Of a stretch of DNA of 64,000 bases, positions 27,050 through 36,822 are shown in pieces. Each line of letters opens with the position of its first letter. The first letter of the stretch is position 1. The translations under genes were made by a program, and so were the position numbers. Under the pieces are notes generated by a model that worked only from the letters and a program-made list of their open reading frames with translations, did no database searches and was not told where the DNA came from. The DNA comes from an uncultured Planctomycetaceae bacterium (GTDB taxonomy: Bacteria > Planctomycetota > Planctomycetia > Isosphaerales > Isosphaeraceae), in contig CAWIAD010000002.1 in the NCBI GenBank assembly GCA_963833985.1, positions 5,888,001-5,952,000 of the forward strand. The letters run 5' to 3'.

Positions 27050-29293
27050 CCTACTTTCCGCACATCTCGCCTTGACTATCTCCTAATTTCCGTGTGCCGT
27101 CTTTCGGCCAGTCAGGCTCAAATCTCGTAGGCTTTGGGTATCCCCAGCAGTGGCAGGATCCTCTTCTGGAGCCGAGTTAACTCTGTGCTGAAGACCTCAA
27201 GAGGGCGTTTCCCAGCCTTCAGGGAATGCTCTTGAACGTCCTCGTACAGGTCGATCACTTTTCGAGCCGTCGGGCGTCGGCAGGCCCGACCTTCGGAATA
27301 CAGTGGCAGACTCTCGATTCCCGCTCGTTCCATCGCGCGGCGGAGTTCTCGCTCCAACAGCGCCTCGACCAGCAACACGAAGAAGTACACGCAGAGCAAG
27401 GCCTGAATCCGACTTACCTCCTTCAGGTACATAGGCGCTACCACGAAGTCAGTCTTCAGGTGCTCGAACCGTCGTTCGATGGCCGGTTGCTGTTTGTAGG
27501 CCAAGAGCAGATCCTGCTCCGTCATCTTCGATTCGTTGCTCACCAGCGGGAAAATGCCATCACAGCGGGCCTCCTCATCCAGTCGCTCCAACTCAATCCG
27601 ATGCTTCAACGAGTAACGGAGCTTCTCCTCTCGGACGTACCGCGTGTCCTGTCCAGGCCGGCCGCGTCGCTCCTGGCGGAACTTTTCGGTGACCTGCTCC
27701 TCGATCTCGACCGAGATCCACTCGGTGACCTCACAGTCCCGGAGCAGCTCCTCGACCGCCTCGGCGACCTTGGCTCGACTGCGGTACCGGGTTCGGGACG
27801 AGGCGAGCTTGGCACGCAGTTCGTCCAGTCGTTTCAACGCCTTCTCCAGCCGGGTCAGCCGTACCTCCGCATCCAACTCGGCCTTGCGTGTGCTGTGATA
27901 CCAGATCAGCCGGTAACCCTCGGTGGTCTGGCTCGCAGGTTTGCAGATCGAGAAGCGGTCGGTCAACTGTCCCTTGTCGTCGTACTTGTCGTGGGTCCAT
28001 CGCCACTGGATCTCTCCCCGGAGTACGGCGCCGCGGAAGGCACCGTCCTCACTGCGAGTTCGCGGCAGCACGCTGAGGAACCGACCGCCGCGCTGATGCA
28101 GATAGGCCATGTTCTCGGTGGTGGCCAGCTTGCAGTCGGCGATGTAGAGAAAGTCTCGGCGTCCGGTCAGTTGACAGAGCAACTCCCAGGTCTCCTGGTG
28201 AGAGCGGTCGTCGGTGGCGTTGCCGCTCTCGACGCGAAAGTGCACCGGGACGGCACCGTCGCCGGTCACGGTGAGGATGTAGAGTAGCTGCTTGAGGTCG
28301 GGGCGGTGGTCTTTGTTATGACCCCAGGTCACCGCCAACCGCAATTGTCCCCGCAGGGTTCGCTCCGCCTCCGCCGACTCGTAGTCACCGTGGAAAGTGA
28401 TGGTGGTCGAGTCGTTGTGTAACTGGTCGAGGCTGACGTCGAATTCGCGTACGGCATGGGCCGCGACCTTCAGGGCCAACCCCGAGAGATTGGCGTCGAA
28501 GAGACGGTCGAGGGCCCGGCCAACTCGATCGTCGTTCATTGCGGCGACTTGGACATCGGACAACCCGAACAGTTTCGGCTCATGGCGGGCCACCCACTCA
28601 CCGACACCATAGAGTGGCTCACGCGAGATCAGCAGGTTGCGCAGCAGGACGAGCAAGGCCGTGGCCGTGGGGACCCGAGTGCGGCCGTCCTCATGGGGCA
28701 GGTGGTCGCAGAGAAACTCGCGAAGGCGGAGCCGACTCAGGAAGTGTTCCAGGATGGGCACGGCGGCAATCCGCCGCGTGTTGAGCGTGCGCGTGCGTCC
28801 CTTCGAGCGGGCCGTCTCGCCGGGTTGGCGCGGTCGTTGAGGTTCGTTCATGCGGATCATCTCCGGAGGGTTTGCAGCGAGTTGGCCGGTGTCCGCCGCC
28901 GGGCCTTCCAGGGCCGTGAGGGGAGCAGGCCGACCGCCGCAGGGCTTGCCGCAATGATGGCGGAGGAGATCGGGACGTCAAGGACAAAAAATCTTGTGAT
29001 TCACTTATGACAATTTGCCTTGACGTAAGTTGTGAGCCGCTCAACTTACGCTCATAGCCCGTGTCACAAGTCGTCGCGGCGAGAATCGCGGCGCGCGGCT
29101 GGACATTGCCAAGTCATAAGACAAGGCGAAGAATGGCTCGAGTTCAGGAACGGTCCGGTTGGCGAACCATCTGAACCGAACAAGGTCCCCGTGCCGATCG
29201 ACTTGTAGATGTTTACCGACCCTGGGGCCGCGTCTGAGAAGATGGCCTCAGGTCGAATTCGGGGAAATCAAAGGGAGATGTGCGGAAAGTAGG
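27050..29293 (-). mobile_element. IS1634-family insertion sequence
   Basis: Perfect 19-bp inverted repeats CCTACTTTCCGCACATCTC (27050-27068 and 29275-29293) around a transposase. No target duplication was seen. Confidence 0.85.
27118..28860 (-). CDS. IS1634-family DDE transposase
   Basis: Motifs DDRVGRALD, HNDSTT, GHNKDHRPDLKQ, YIADCK and YKQQPAIERRFEHLK. Confidence 0.9.
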   Translation of the reverse strand: MIRMNEPQRPRQPGETARSKGRTRTLNTRRIAAVPILEHFLSRLRLREFLCDHLPHEDGRTRVPTATALLVLLRNLLISREPLYGVGEWVARHEPKLFGLSDVQVAAMNDDRVGRALDRLFDANLSGLALKVAAHAVREFDVSLDQLHNDSTTITFHGDYESAEAERTLRGQLRLAVTWGHNKDHRPDLKQLLYILTVTGDGAVPVHFRVESGNATDDRSHQETWELLCQLTGRRDFLYIADCKLATTENMAYLHQRGGRFLSVLPRTRSEDGAFRGAVLRGEIQWRWTHDKYDDKGQLTDRFSICKPASQTTEGYRLIWYHSTRKAELDAEVRLTRLEKALKRLDELRAKLASSRTRYRSRAKVAEAVEELLRDCEVTEWISVEIEEQVTEKFRQERRGRPGQDTRYVREEKLRYSLKHRIELERLDEEARCDGIFPLVSNESKMTEQDLLLAYKQQPAIERRFEHLKTDFVVAPMYLKEVSRIQALLCVYFFVLLVEALLERELRRAMERAGIESLPLYSEGRACRRPTARKVIDLYEDVQEHSLKAGKRPLEVFSTELTRLQKRILPLLGIPKAYEI

Positions 29294-29599
29294 TTGTAAC
29301 GCCGGAGAATGGCGAATTTTCGGCCCCTGCTCATCGCGGGCAGTTCTCGTTGCGTTGCATTACTGAAGTCTGACGTCTCAGCAGAAGAGTCGCTCATCGA
29401 ACTCGAGTAACTCTCCTTTTGGCATCGACAGTCGAAATTCCGAGTTTGCCTTCTCAATCCGGTCGCGAACAGAGCGGCTGACGAGATTGGCGATAACTAC
29501 TCATCCAGGCAGACTGATCGTCGTCCACTGGATGATGATGTTCAGCTATCCGCTCGTGTGGCAGGGCGAGGACGCTGTGCGCGACAAGTGACAAGCAGT

Positions 29600-30030
29600 T
29601 CAGAACTTGCCGCGAGCCGCTCGTGCGGCCGGCGCAGGGGTGAGTACGGCAGAACCTGACAGCCGTCTCACCTTTGGCGGCGGCCGAAATGGTGGCCATG
29701 GGCGGCACCTTCGCCGTGCTCGCTCTGAAGACCCAGACCAACGCCGAGCTGAAAGCTGCCGATGCCGATCTGACCTGGTCGCAGGCCACCGTCCTGGCTC
29801 AGGACAACTCATCCCTCGACACAATCAAGACGTTCCACACCAGCGTAGGCGGGAAACCCAGCGGAACGAGCCGCAGTCCAAGGGCTTCGCGATCGGCTGC
29901 TGAAGTCGGCGTCGAACTTTACCGCAAGCTCGGGCCCTTGCTCGGGAAGGAGACCGACCTGGGGTCGCGGCGAGCGCTAGCGCAGGCGGGCTTCGAGGTG
30001 GCCGAGCGTCAAACTAGGACGGCTGGAAGA
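29600..30030 (+). pseudogene. Degenerate fragment, probably from the C-terminal region of a Ser/Thr kinase-TPR protein
   Basis: TIKTFHT and LYRKLGPLLGKETDLGSRRALAQAGFEVAE resemble, from memory, the post-TM region of planctomycete kinases. There is no kinase domain and no convincing start. Confidence 0.35.
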
Positions 30031-31073
30031 AGGCACTGGCGGCCGAGCCGGGCGGGTGCCGTGATGACGGTGCTTGGGTTATTCCGCTGCCCAATCTGGA
30101 ATAATGTTATTCCAAACTCCACCGTTCAGAATCAGATCCAGGTTCGACGCGGGGTTCGATCAGGTGGGAACGAGCAACCTTGGGAGCTTCCTGGCGGCCA
30201 CAGCCCCGGGGGGTGACGTTCGCGGCGCCGGGAGCGCGGGGGGCAGAACAAGTTCGGCGCAGGCCCAGTGAACTGGCGGGGCAAGCGCGAGACGGCGTGC
30301 CCGGGCCGTCCGAGCGTCCATTACTGTTGCCCGGGACAGCCCAGCCAGCCGAATCCGAAGACAGCGGGATCTTCTGGCCCCACGAGCCGGGTCGTTCCAT
30401 CGGTCGGCCGGCCCGATCCCTGGGTCTGCTGGAAACCGCAACCGAGAAGCAGGCTCGCGCCCGCGATGCGCAGGATTGCCTGCAAGGCGGCCCCGCGCAC
30501 CGACCACGCCTCGTAGGATCGCGTCCGGGCGAGGTTCTTCCCCCACCGGGAGCTCACCTTGGCTAACTCGAACGCGGGGCCAACCTGGGTCCCATCCGGG
30601 TAGCCCTGGCGGAGAGTCGTGCCATCGCGGCTGAATGCTGGCCAGTTGATCTGTACTCTGTTCTCGGTGGGGTCGCGCCGGCCGGTGACGTTCAGCCGGT
30701 AGCGGTGTGGCGGCCGCTCGTCTCGCTTGTTGTGGGAACGCGTTACGAAACGCCCGTCGCGGTGCTCGGTCCAGTTGTAGGTCACATCGAAGGGCGCGAA
30801 CGCCGCGTTTGGCGGCATGCAGCCGACCCTCCGCAAATAGGGAAAGCGAATTGTCAGTTCGCGTTGCTGGCCAGCTTACCCCGGAGTTTTGTCATTGCCG
30901 TACGCCTCCGGAATTGAAATCACGGTAGTTCAACCTCGGACTCCCGACACCAGATCGTCCGTCCGCAAACGTAGGCTGCTGGCCTGCTAGCTCGATCCCG
31001 GCCAGTCCAGCCTCGCAGAGGACCGACACGATACCCTGAGGAACTGCAGCGTCACACGCTATTGCCTAGCGCA

Positions 31074-31394
31074 CTAAAGACCGAGTTGGTCGAGGAGCCG
31101 TTCGGTCTCAGCCTCACTGCGCTGTGCGTACTGCCTGGGATTCTCCCTGGAAGCTATGTCGCCGTGGGACGGAGACTGGAGGTTCGACAGCCGCTCGAAA
31201 AACCTTTGCAACGCTTCCCTGGAGGTGCACTTGGTGCCCCCGAGCTGAAGTGTTTCGAGTATCACGCCTCGGCAGCCGACCGCTGCCCAGCGGTAAAGAG
31301 TTGCCGTGTGAACCCGCTTTCCGGATCTCCGTCGCGGCATTCTTCGGGGTGCCTGGCTGAGCGGGAACATCCGTTCCTTCGTGAAGTCAATCAT
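31074..31394 (-). CDS. DUF1580-like small winged-HTH protein
   Basis: MIDFTKERMFPLSQA...KRVHTATLYRWAAVGCRGVILETLQLGGTKCTSREALQRFF. Confidence 0.8.
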   Translation of the reverse strand: MIDFTKERMFPLSQAPRRMPRRRSGKRVHTATLYRWAAVGCRGVILETLQLGGTKCTSREALQRFFERLSNLQSPSHGDIASRENPRQYAQRSEAETERLLDQLGL

Positions 31395-31957
31395 CTGCGA
31401 CCTCTTGCTATGGGACGACACACCGTGTGTCGGCGTGAAGTATGGCGCGAGGCCGCACTTTGGGGCCAACGGTTTGTCTGATCTTATTGCCAGCAGCCTT
31501 GCTTCAGTTGGGACCAGGCGACTGGCAGCTCTATATCGGCACCTGCGCAGGTCGTGATCGAGTCGGGAGTCGTGTGAGGGGCGGGGGTCTCGGTTTCATA
31601 GATGGTCGCGAGGTGACGAGAGGCGGTCGCTGGTACCGTGCGCTCGAGTCACACTGCAACATTGTTTCGACCGGGTAATCATGAGCGACTACTTACCACC
31701 TGCTCCTCTCTCCTTCTTTTGGATGATTTCGGGGATCAGGGGCCGGGGATGTCTTGGCGGGACAACCGGGCAATCGCCAAGTAACCGCGGCGGTTTCTGC
31801 CGCTGGTGATCAGGCCTTCCCATGACCGAGGCACCACCGTGCACTGCCCGGTTGATGCCACTTGGGCCAACCAGAGGCTGCTGAGATTGTCATTTGCCGC
31901 TCAGCCCCGCTACTCCCCTTGAATTTACTTTCTTGCTTTGGATGGCAATGCAATTCT

Positions 31958-33151
31958 TTATCCGATCGAACGCATGATCTCGACTCCCCGGCTTCGATCT
32001 TCTTCAGCGTAGATCTGTGCGGTCCGCACGTCCTCGTGACCTAGGATAATCCGGGTGGCCTCGATGCCGAACTTCTTCCTGATCTCGGTCGCCGCACTGT
32101 GGCGGAGCTGGTGAGGGTGCCACTTCGTGATGCCAGCCTTCTCGCAACCTGCCTGGATCGCCCGACGGTAACTCGCGACTGTGTAATGATCGCCCGGCTG
32201 CTTTCGGGGCTTGCATTTCCTGCGATTCGCTTGACTCGGCTGCACTCAAGTCTTCCGTAGTTGACGGCGCTCCTCCCGGCGCTCCTCCATAGCGTCGGCC
32301 GGACTGAAGAGGTAGGCCTGTGGATCTGATTTCAGCCAGGCTCGGAGGATTTCACAAGCACGCGGACCGAGGAATACCTCTCGCTGCTTTTCGTGATGCT
32401 CGGTCTTGTGACGCTGAGGTATGTAAACCCAGACATCTGCGGACATGTCGAGGTCTCGCGTTCGCATGATCACTACTTCGCCAGGTCTCATCCCAGTGAG
32501 TCGCTGGAGCTCGATCATGGTCCAGACCTGCCGGTTAACGAAGGGTTTGACGGCCATGACCATGTCTTCCAACACGGGCCTGACCGGCTGACTCTCCCGC
32601 GCGGCAGATCTACCCTTCCGGAGTCCGGAGACGGTGCGAAGAGATTCGTAGACGAACGGATGGACCAGTTCCTCAGAGACTCCCCACTTGAACATGCGCA
32701 CGATCCGGCCGATGCGGCGGTTGATCTCGGTCCGGCAATTTCCTGAGCGGATCATCTCATTGCGAATGGTCTTGAGTGCCAGCGGTCCGAAGGAGCTTAC
32801 TGGGGTCGTGCCGTAGAGCCGACGCAAGAGTTTCATGACCAAGCGAACGTTCGTCGGCTCGACAGTGGGGCGGCCGTCCTTCACGTAATACCCATCCACG
32901 AACTTCACGTAGGCCAGAATCAGTTCGTTGACGATCAGCCTGCTTTCGGGACCGGGTTTTTGATCCGGCTCCGCACGATCGGTCCGGCCCTTGGAGAGCC
33001 ACTCGGCGACCAGCCGGCGATAGGTCTCCTGGCTCTCAGGCGAGCCGTAGGAACCCAGGTAGTGATCCTTGCCGTCGATACGGACCACGGCGAGGTTCTT
33101 GGGCTTGTAGTGTCGGTACTTGGGCACACGAGAAATGTTGCGTTCGGACAT
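31958..33151 (-). pseudogene. Tyrosine integrase interrupted by an in-frame TGA at 32246-32248
   Basis: TGMRPGE and HKTEH lie before the stop; WHPHQLRHS and LGHEDVRTAQIY follow it in the same frame. Confidence 0.85.
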
Positions 33152-33172
33152 GCTGCGAGCCCTCTGTCTGGC

Positions 33173-33194
33173 AGAGTAGTACCGGTACTACTCT
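33173..33194. promoter_or_regulatory. Perfect 22-bp palindrome upstream of the integrase
   Basis: AGAGTAGTACCGGTACTACTCT is its own reverse complement. A regulatory role is inferred from position only. Confidence 0.55.
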
Positions 33195-33270
33195 CTCAGG
33201 ACTTCCGGGCCGCACCGCCGACCGCCGGCGGGTAAGCATTAACGCTTTCGGCATCAAGACTTGTGTCTAG

Positions 33271-33343
33271 TGGAGCGGAAGGGGATCGAACCCTCAACCT
33301 CAGCATTGCGAACGCTGCGCTCTCCCAATTGAGCTACCGCCCC
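33271..33343 (-). tRNA. tRNA-Ala(CGC)
   Basis: GGGGCGGTAGCTCAATTGGGAGAGCGCAGCGTTCGCAATGCTGAGGTTGAGGGTTCGATCCCCTTCCGCTCCA folds as a cloverleaf with anticodon CGC. Confidence 0.95.
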
Positions 33344-33459
33344 AAGCAGGTGGGTGAGTTGAACTAGAGTAACCTCGAAACCGGTGGGACGCAAGTTAAG
33401 ATGGATGCTCGAGGCGGAGCAACGGAGGTTCAGGCCCGGCGCGGTGCGACCCTTGCTGG

Positions 33460-34440
33460 TTGAAATGCCCCGGCATCGAGCGGAGAGCCATGATCCATGA
33501 TCGAGAATCGACCAACTTCGTGGAACCTGTACCTGGTGGGCCTGATCCTTGGAACGGCGCTCGATTGCCGTCAAACCAGTCGCCCGGCGCAGGAGCGCCT
33601 TTCGAGCTCGTCCACTGGAATCCGGCCGCCGCCAATCCCGTCTTTGCCGGGACGGGGACCGATACGTGGGACCGGAAGATCCGCGAGCGGGGCTTCATCC
33701 TGCGCGGTGACCAGGGGACCTATCACCTCTGGTACACCGGCTATGATCGCGACCGGCCGGAGAGCATGTCACTCGGGCATGCCACCTCGACCGATGGCCT
33801 GCGCTGGACCCGCGACCCAGGGAACCCCGTTTTCAAGGGCTCGTGGGTCGAGGATATGTGCGTCGTCAAGCACGACGCCGGCTACCAGATGTTCGCCGAG
33901 GGGAAGAACGACATCGCGCATCGGCTCAGCTCCCCCGACGGCGTGCACTGGACCGAACACGGCGCGCTTGACATCCGCAAGCGCGACGGGACTCCGATCG
34001 CCCCTGGTCCGTATGGAACACCGACCGCCTGGTTCGAGGACGGCACCTGGTACCTGTTCTACGAACGCGGTGACCAGGGGGTCTGGCTTGCCACGTCCCG
34101 CGACCTCAAGACGTGGACCAACGTCACGGACGATCCGGTCCTGGCGCACGGACCGGAAAGCTACGACGCAACGGCCGTCGCGCTGAACCAGGTGGTGAAG
34201 CGTGGTGCGTATTACTACGGGTTTTACCACGCGAACGCCGGCCGGCCCTGGAAAGACTGGAACTCCTGTGTCGCCCGCTCGCGCGACCTGGTGCACTGGG
34301 AGAAATACCCGGGCAATCCCATCATCAAGAACAACTGCTCGAGCCCCGTACTCGTCGGCACGCCGCGGGGCGACCGGCTCTATACCATGCACCCCGAGGT
34401 GCGCGTCTTCGAAACGGCCCCGGCGGGAGCTCAGCGGTAG
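33460..34440 (+). CDS. Five-bladed beta-propeller glycosidase-like protein (GH43/32/130-like)
   Basis: Repeated blades YHLWYTG..LGHATSTDGLRW, WYLFYE..LATSRDLKTW and ARSRDLVHWEK..NP. A signal-peptide-like N-terminus lies in the 33497 frame, suggesting a possible frameshift. Confidence 0.75.
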   Translation: MKCPGIERRAMIHDRESTNFVEPVPGGPDPWNGARLPSNQSPGAGAPFELVHWNPAAANPVFAGTGTDTWDRKIRERGFILRGDQGTYHLWYTGYDRDRPESMSLGHATSTDGLRWTRDPGNPVFKGSWVEDMCVVKHDAGYQMFAEGKNDIAHRLSSPDGVHWTEHGALDIRKRDGTPIAPGPYGTPTAWFEDGTWYLFYERGDQGVWLATSRDLKTWTNVTDDPVLAHGPESYDATAVALNQVVKRGAYYYGFYHANAGRPWKDWNSCVARSRDLVHWEKYPGNPIIKNNCSSPVLVGTPRGDRLYTMHPEVRVFETAPAGAQR

Positions 34441-35228
34441 AGCACGCCGATACGGCGGCGGTAGTCGTCGTACGTTTCCTCGAAGAGCCGGCGGGCGCGC
34501 TCGGGCCCGAGGTGGCAGGCGGACGTGAGCACCCTGGGAGGCTGGCCGGACGCGGTCAGAATGCGTGCGACCTCGGCCTTGATCAGGTTGATGATCGTGC
34601 AACTGGTGATGCTGGAGAGCGGGGAGACGGGCGTCTCCAGTCCGCTGATCCACACGGCCGAGTCGCCTGGCGGGGCCTGCTGGTCGAGCACCAGGTTCGC
34701 CACCTCGTGCAGCTTGCGGCCTGACTGGTGGTTGGAGTTCGAGGCCGTGGCGTTGGCCAGCGAGGTGAGTGCCACCACGTACATGCCATGCGCTCGAGCC
34801 TCGGCGGCGACGTCGATGGTCACGGCGTTGCAGCCACTGCTGGAGATGGCCAGCAGCACGTCGTCGCTGGTGATCGCGAAGTTCCGCCAGAGCACCGGGC
34901 CGAAGCCCTGGACGTTCTCCAGAAACATCGCCTGGCGCTGGCCGTTGGCGCCGACGACGGGGTTGTGATAGCTCATCGACAGCTCGACGATCGGGTGGAA
35001 GCCCGGGAACGAGCCGTAGCGCGGGAACATCTCCTCGACGGCCATCCGCGAATGCCCGGTGCCGAAAACGTGCACCAGCCGGCCGGCCAGGATCGCGGCC
35101 GCGAAGCGCTCGGCCGCCTGGCGGATCGCCGTCATCTGCGTCGCCTCGATGGCATCGAGCGCACGCCGGACGGCCTGGAAATACTGGGTCATCGCGTCCA
35201 GGCCCACGAGCGGGTTCTGGTCACTCAT
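34431..35228 (-). CDS. SIS domain sugar-phosphate isomerase-like protein
   Basis: Motifs VHVFGTGHS, DVLLAISSSG and VVALTS. Confidence 0.85.
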   Translation of the reverse strand: MSDQNPLVGLDAMTQYFQAVRRALDAIEATQMTAIRQAAERFAAAILAGRLVHVFGTGHSRMAVEEMFPRYGSFPGFHPIVELSMSYHNPVVGANGQRQAMFLENVQGFGPVLWRNFAITSDDVLLAISSSGCNAVTIDVAAEARAHGMYVVALTSLANATASNSNHQSGRKLHEVANLVLDQQAPPGDSAVWISGLETPVSPLSSITSCTIINLIKAEVARILTASGQPPRVLTSACHLGPERARRLFEETYDDYRRRIGVLYR

Positions 35229-36087
35229 GATGATTCGCGTCCGGGCGATTCGAGAGGGAAGCCTCCGAGGGCACCTGGCCTTCGGAGACGCACCAGCCGC
35301 CGTCAACGTTGAGGATCACTCCGGTCAAGAACCGCGATGCCGGCTCGCAAAGGTAGAGTGCGGCCTCGGCGCAATCCTCGGGTGTGCCAGGACCACCGGC
35401 CATGGGCTGCTTGGTGGCGAGGTACGTTCGAATCAGCGTGTCACCCACGGCGCGCGCGGCCATCGGGGTCTCAATCAGGGCCGGGGCGATGAGGTTGAAC
35501 CGGATCCGGTCCCGCGCGTAACAGGCCGCGGCACTCGTGGTCAGAGACAGGATTGCACCCTTGCTGGCAGCGTACGCGATGGTTCCGAAGAAATCGGCAG
35601 CCGGCGACCAGCCCAGCACCGAGCCCATGTTCAGGATGGTGCCCCGCAGGCCGTACGCGTCGAGCGGCTGGCCCAGCATCTGTCGCACCACGGCGCGATT
35701 GGTCAAGAAAACGCTCCGCGCGTTGGCAGCGAGCACTGTGTCCCAGCCGTCGACCGTGGCTTCGTGCAGTGCGGCATCGCCGAACTTCCGGCCGCTGATT
35801 CCCGCCACGTGGTAGAGGATATCGAGTCGGCCCGAGAAGTAGGTCTTCGCCTGGTCCAGCAGCTCATCAACCTGTTCCGGATGGCAGGCGTCCGCGGTCA
35901 AGACCAGCACATCCTCTCCAGCGGCCGGCAGCAGCCCTCGAGCCTCGTCGGCCGTCTCTCTTGACCGGCCGCACACCACGACCCGCGCCCCTTCCATCAG
36001 AAAACGTCGGGCGGTGGCCAGCCCGATGCCGCTGGTCCCGCCGACGATCAGGCAGGTGCGGCCTGCGAGCCGTCCGGTTTGAGCCAT
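35221..36087 (-). CDS. SDR family oxidoreductase
   Basis: Motifs GGTSGIG, YAASKG and TGVILNVDGG. Confidence 0.92.
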   Translation of the reverse strand: MAQTGRLAGRTCLIVGGTSGIGLATARRFLMEGARVVVCGRSRETADEARGLLPAAGEDVLVLTADACHPEQVDELLDQAKTYFSGRLDILYHVAGISGRKFGDAALHEATVDGWDTVLAANARSVFLTNRAVVRQMLGQPLDAYGLRGTILNMGSVLGWSPAADFFGTIAYAASKGAILSLTTSAAACYARDRIRFNLIAPALIETPMAARAVGDTLIRTYLATKQPMAGGPGTPEDCAEAALYLCEPASRFLTGVILNVDGGWCVSEGQVPSEASLSNRPDANHHE

Positions 36088-36134
36088 GAACAATGCCTCG
36101 GAGAGAGGTGGACCGAACGACGCTCTTCGCGCGA

Positions 36135-36605
36135 TCAGTCCTTGACCTGGAAGACGGCCTCGATCTCCACGGCGATACCGCCGGGCAAGGCTCCCATACC
36201 CACTGCGCTGCGGGTGCCAACTCCGGCGTCGCCAAAGACCTGCTGCATGAGATCCGAATAGCCGTTGATGACCTTGGGCTGGTCGCCGAACTCGGGCGTG
36301 CTGTTGACCATGCCCAGGCTCTTGACGAGCCGCACAACGCGATCCAGCGAGCCGAGGTGGCTGCGCAGCGTGGACAGGATGGCCAGGCCGGTTTGCCTGG
36401 CAGCCGCCATGCCTGCCGGGGTGTCCAGATCGGCCCCGAGTCTGCCCATGATCACCGAGCCGTCGCTGCGCAACGGGCCATGGCCGGAGACGTACATCAA
36501 ATCGCCCACGCGCAGGGCCGTCACGTAGGTTGCCACCGGCTTGGGCGCGGGGGGAAGTTCGAGCTTGAGCTCGGCCAGGCGGTCTTCGGCACCCATCAGA
36601 ATCAT
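36135..36605 (-). CDS. RidA/YjgF family protein
   Basis: Motifs LMYVSGHGP, VINGYSDL and GTRSAVGMGALP..IAVEIE. Confidence 0.9.
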   Translation of the reverse strand: MILMGAEDRLAELKLELPPAPKPVATYVTALRVGDLMYVSGHGPLRSDGSVIMGRLGADLDTPAGMAAARQTGLAILSTLRSHLGSLDRVVRLVKSLGMVNSTPEFGDQPKVINGYSDLMQQVFGDAGVGTRSAVGMGALPGGIAVEIEAVFQVKD

Positions 36606-36822
36606 CCTTCCTGCTTCGACTCGTTCAGTTACATGAAGCGCAGCCCTTCGCGGCATGAAGGCAAAGCTAACGGCTGAGGCCAGGCAAAGCAACAGTTGGC
36701 AGCGGGCACGGGAGCAGGCGGTGGACAACCGGCGGTCGAGCGAAGAAGCCCCGGGAAACCGGCTCGCTCGGCTCTTCCTTTGCTGCCGACCGCCCACCGT
36801 CCGCTGCCAACAGACACGTGCC

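Noticed and set aside
30321..30836. ORF with protein-like stretches (FDVTYNWTEHRDG...RWGKNLA)
   Set aside because: Probably a decayed gene fragment, but I cannot assign a family or boundaries.
32246..32248. In-frame TGA in the integrase as selenocysteine or programmed readthrough
   Set aside because: The position is not a Cys or catalytic site and no SECIS-like hairpin was recognised; a nonsense mutation or base error is simpler.
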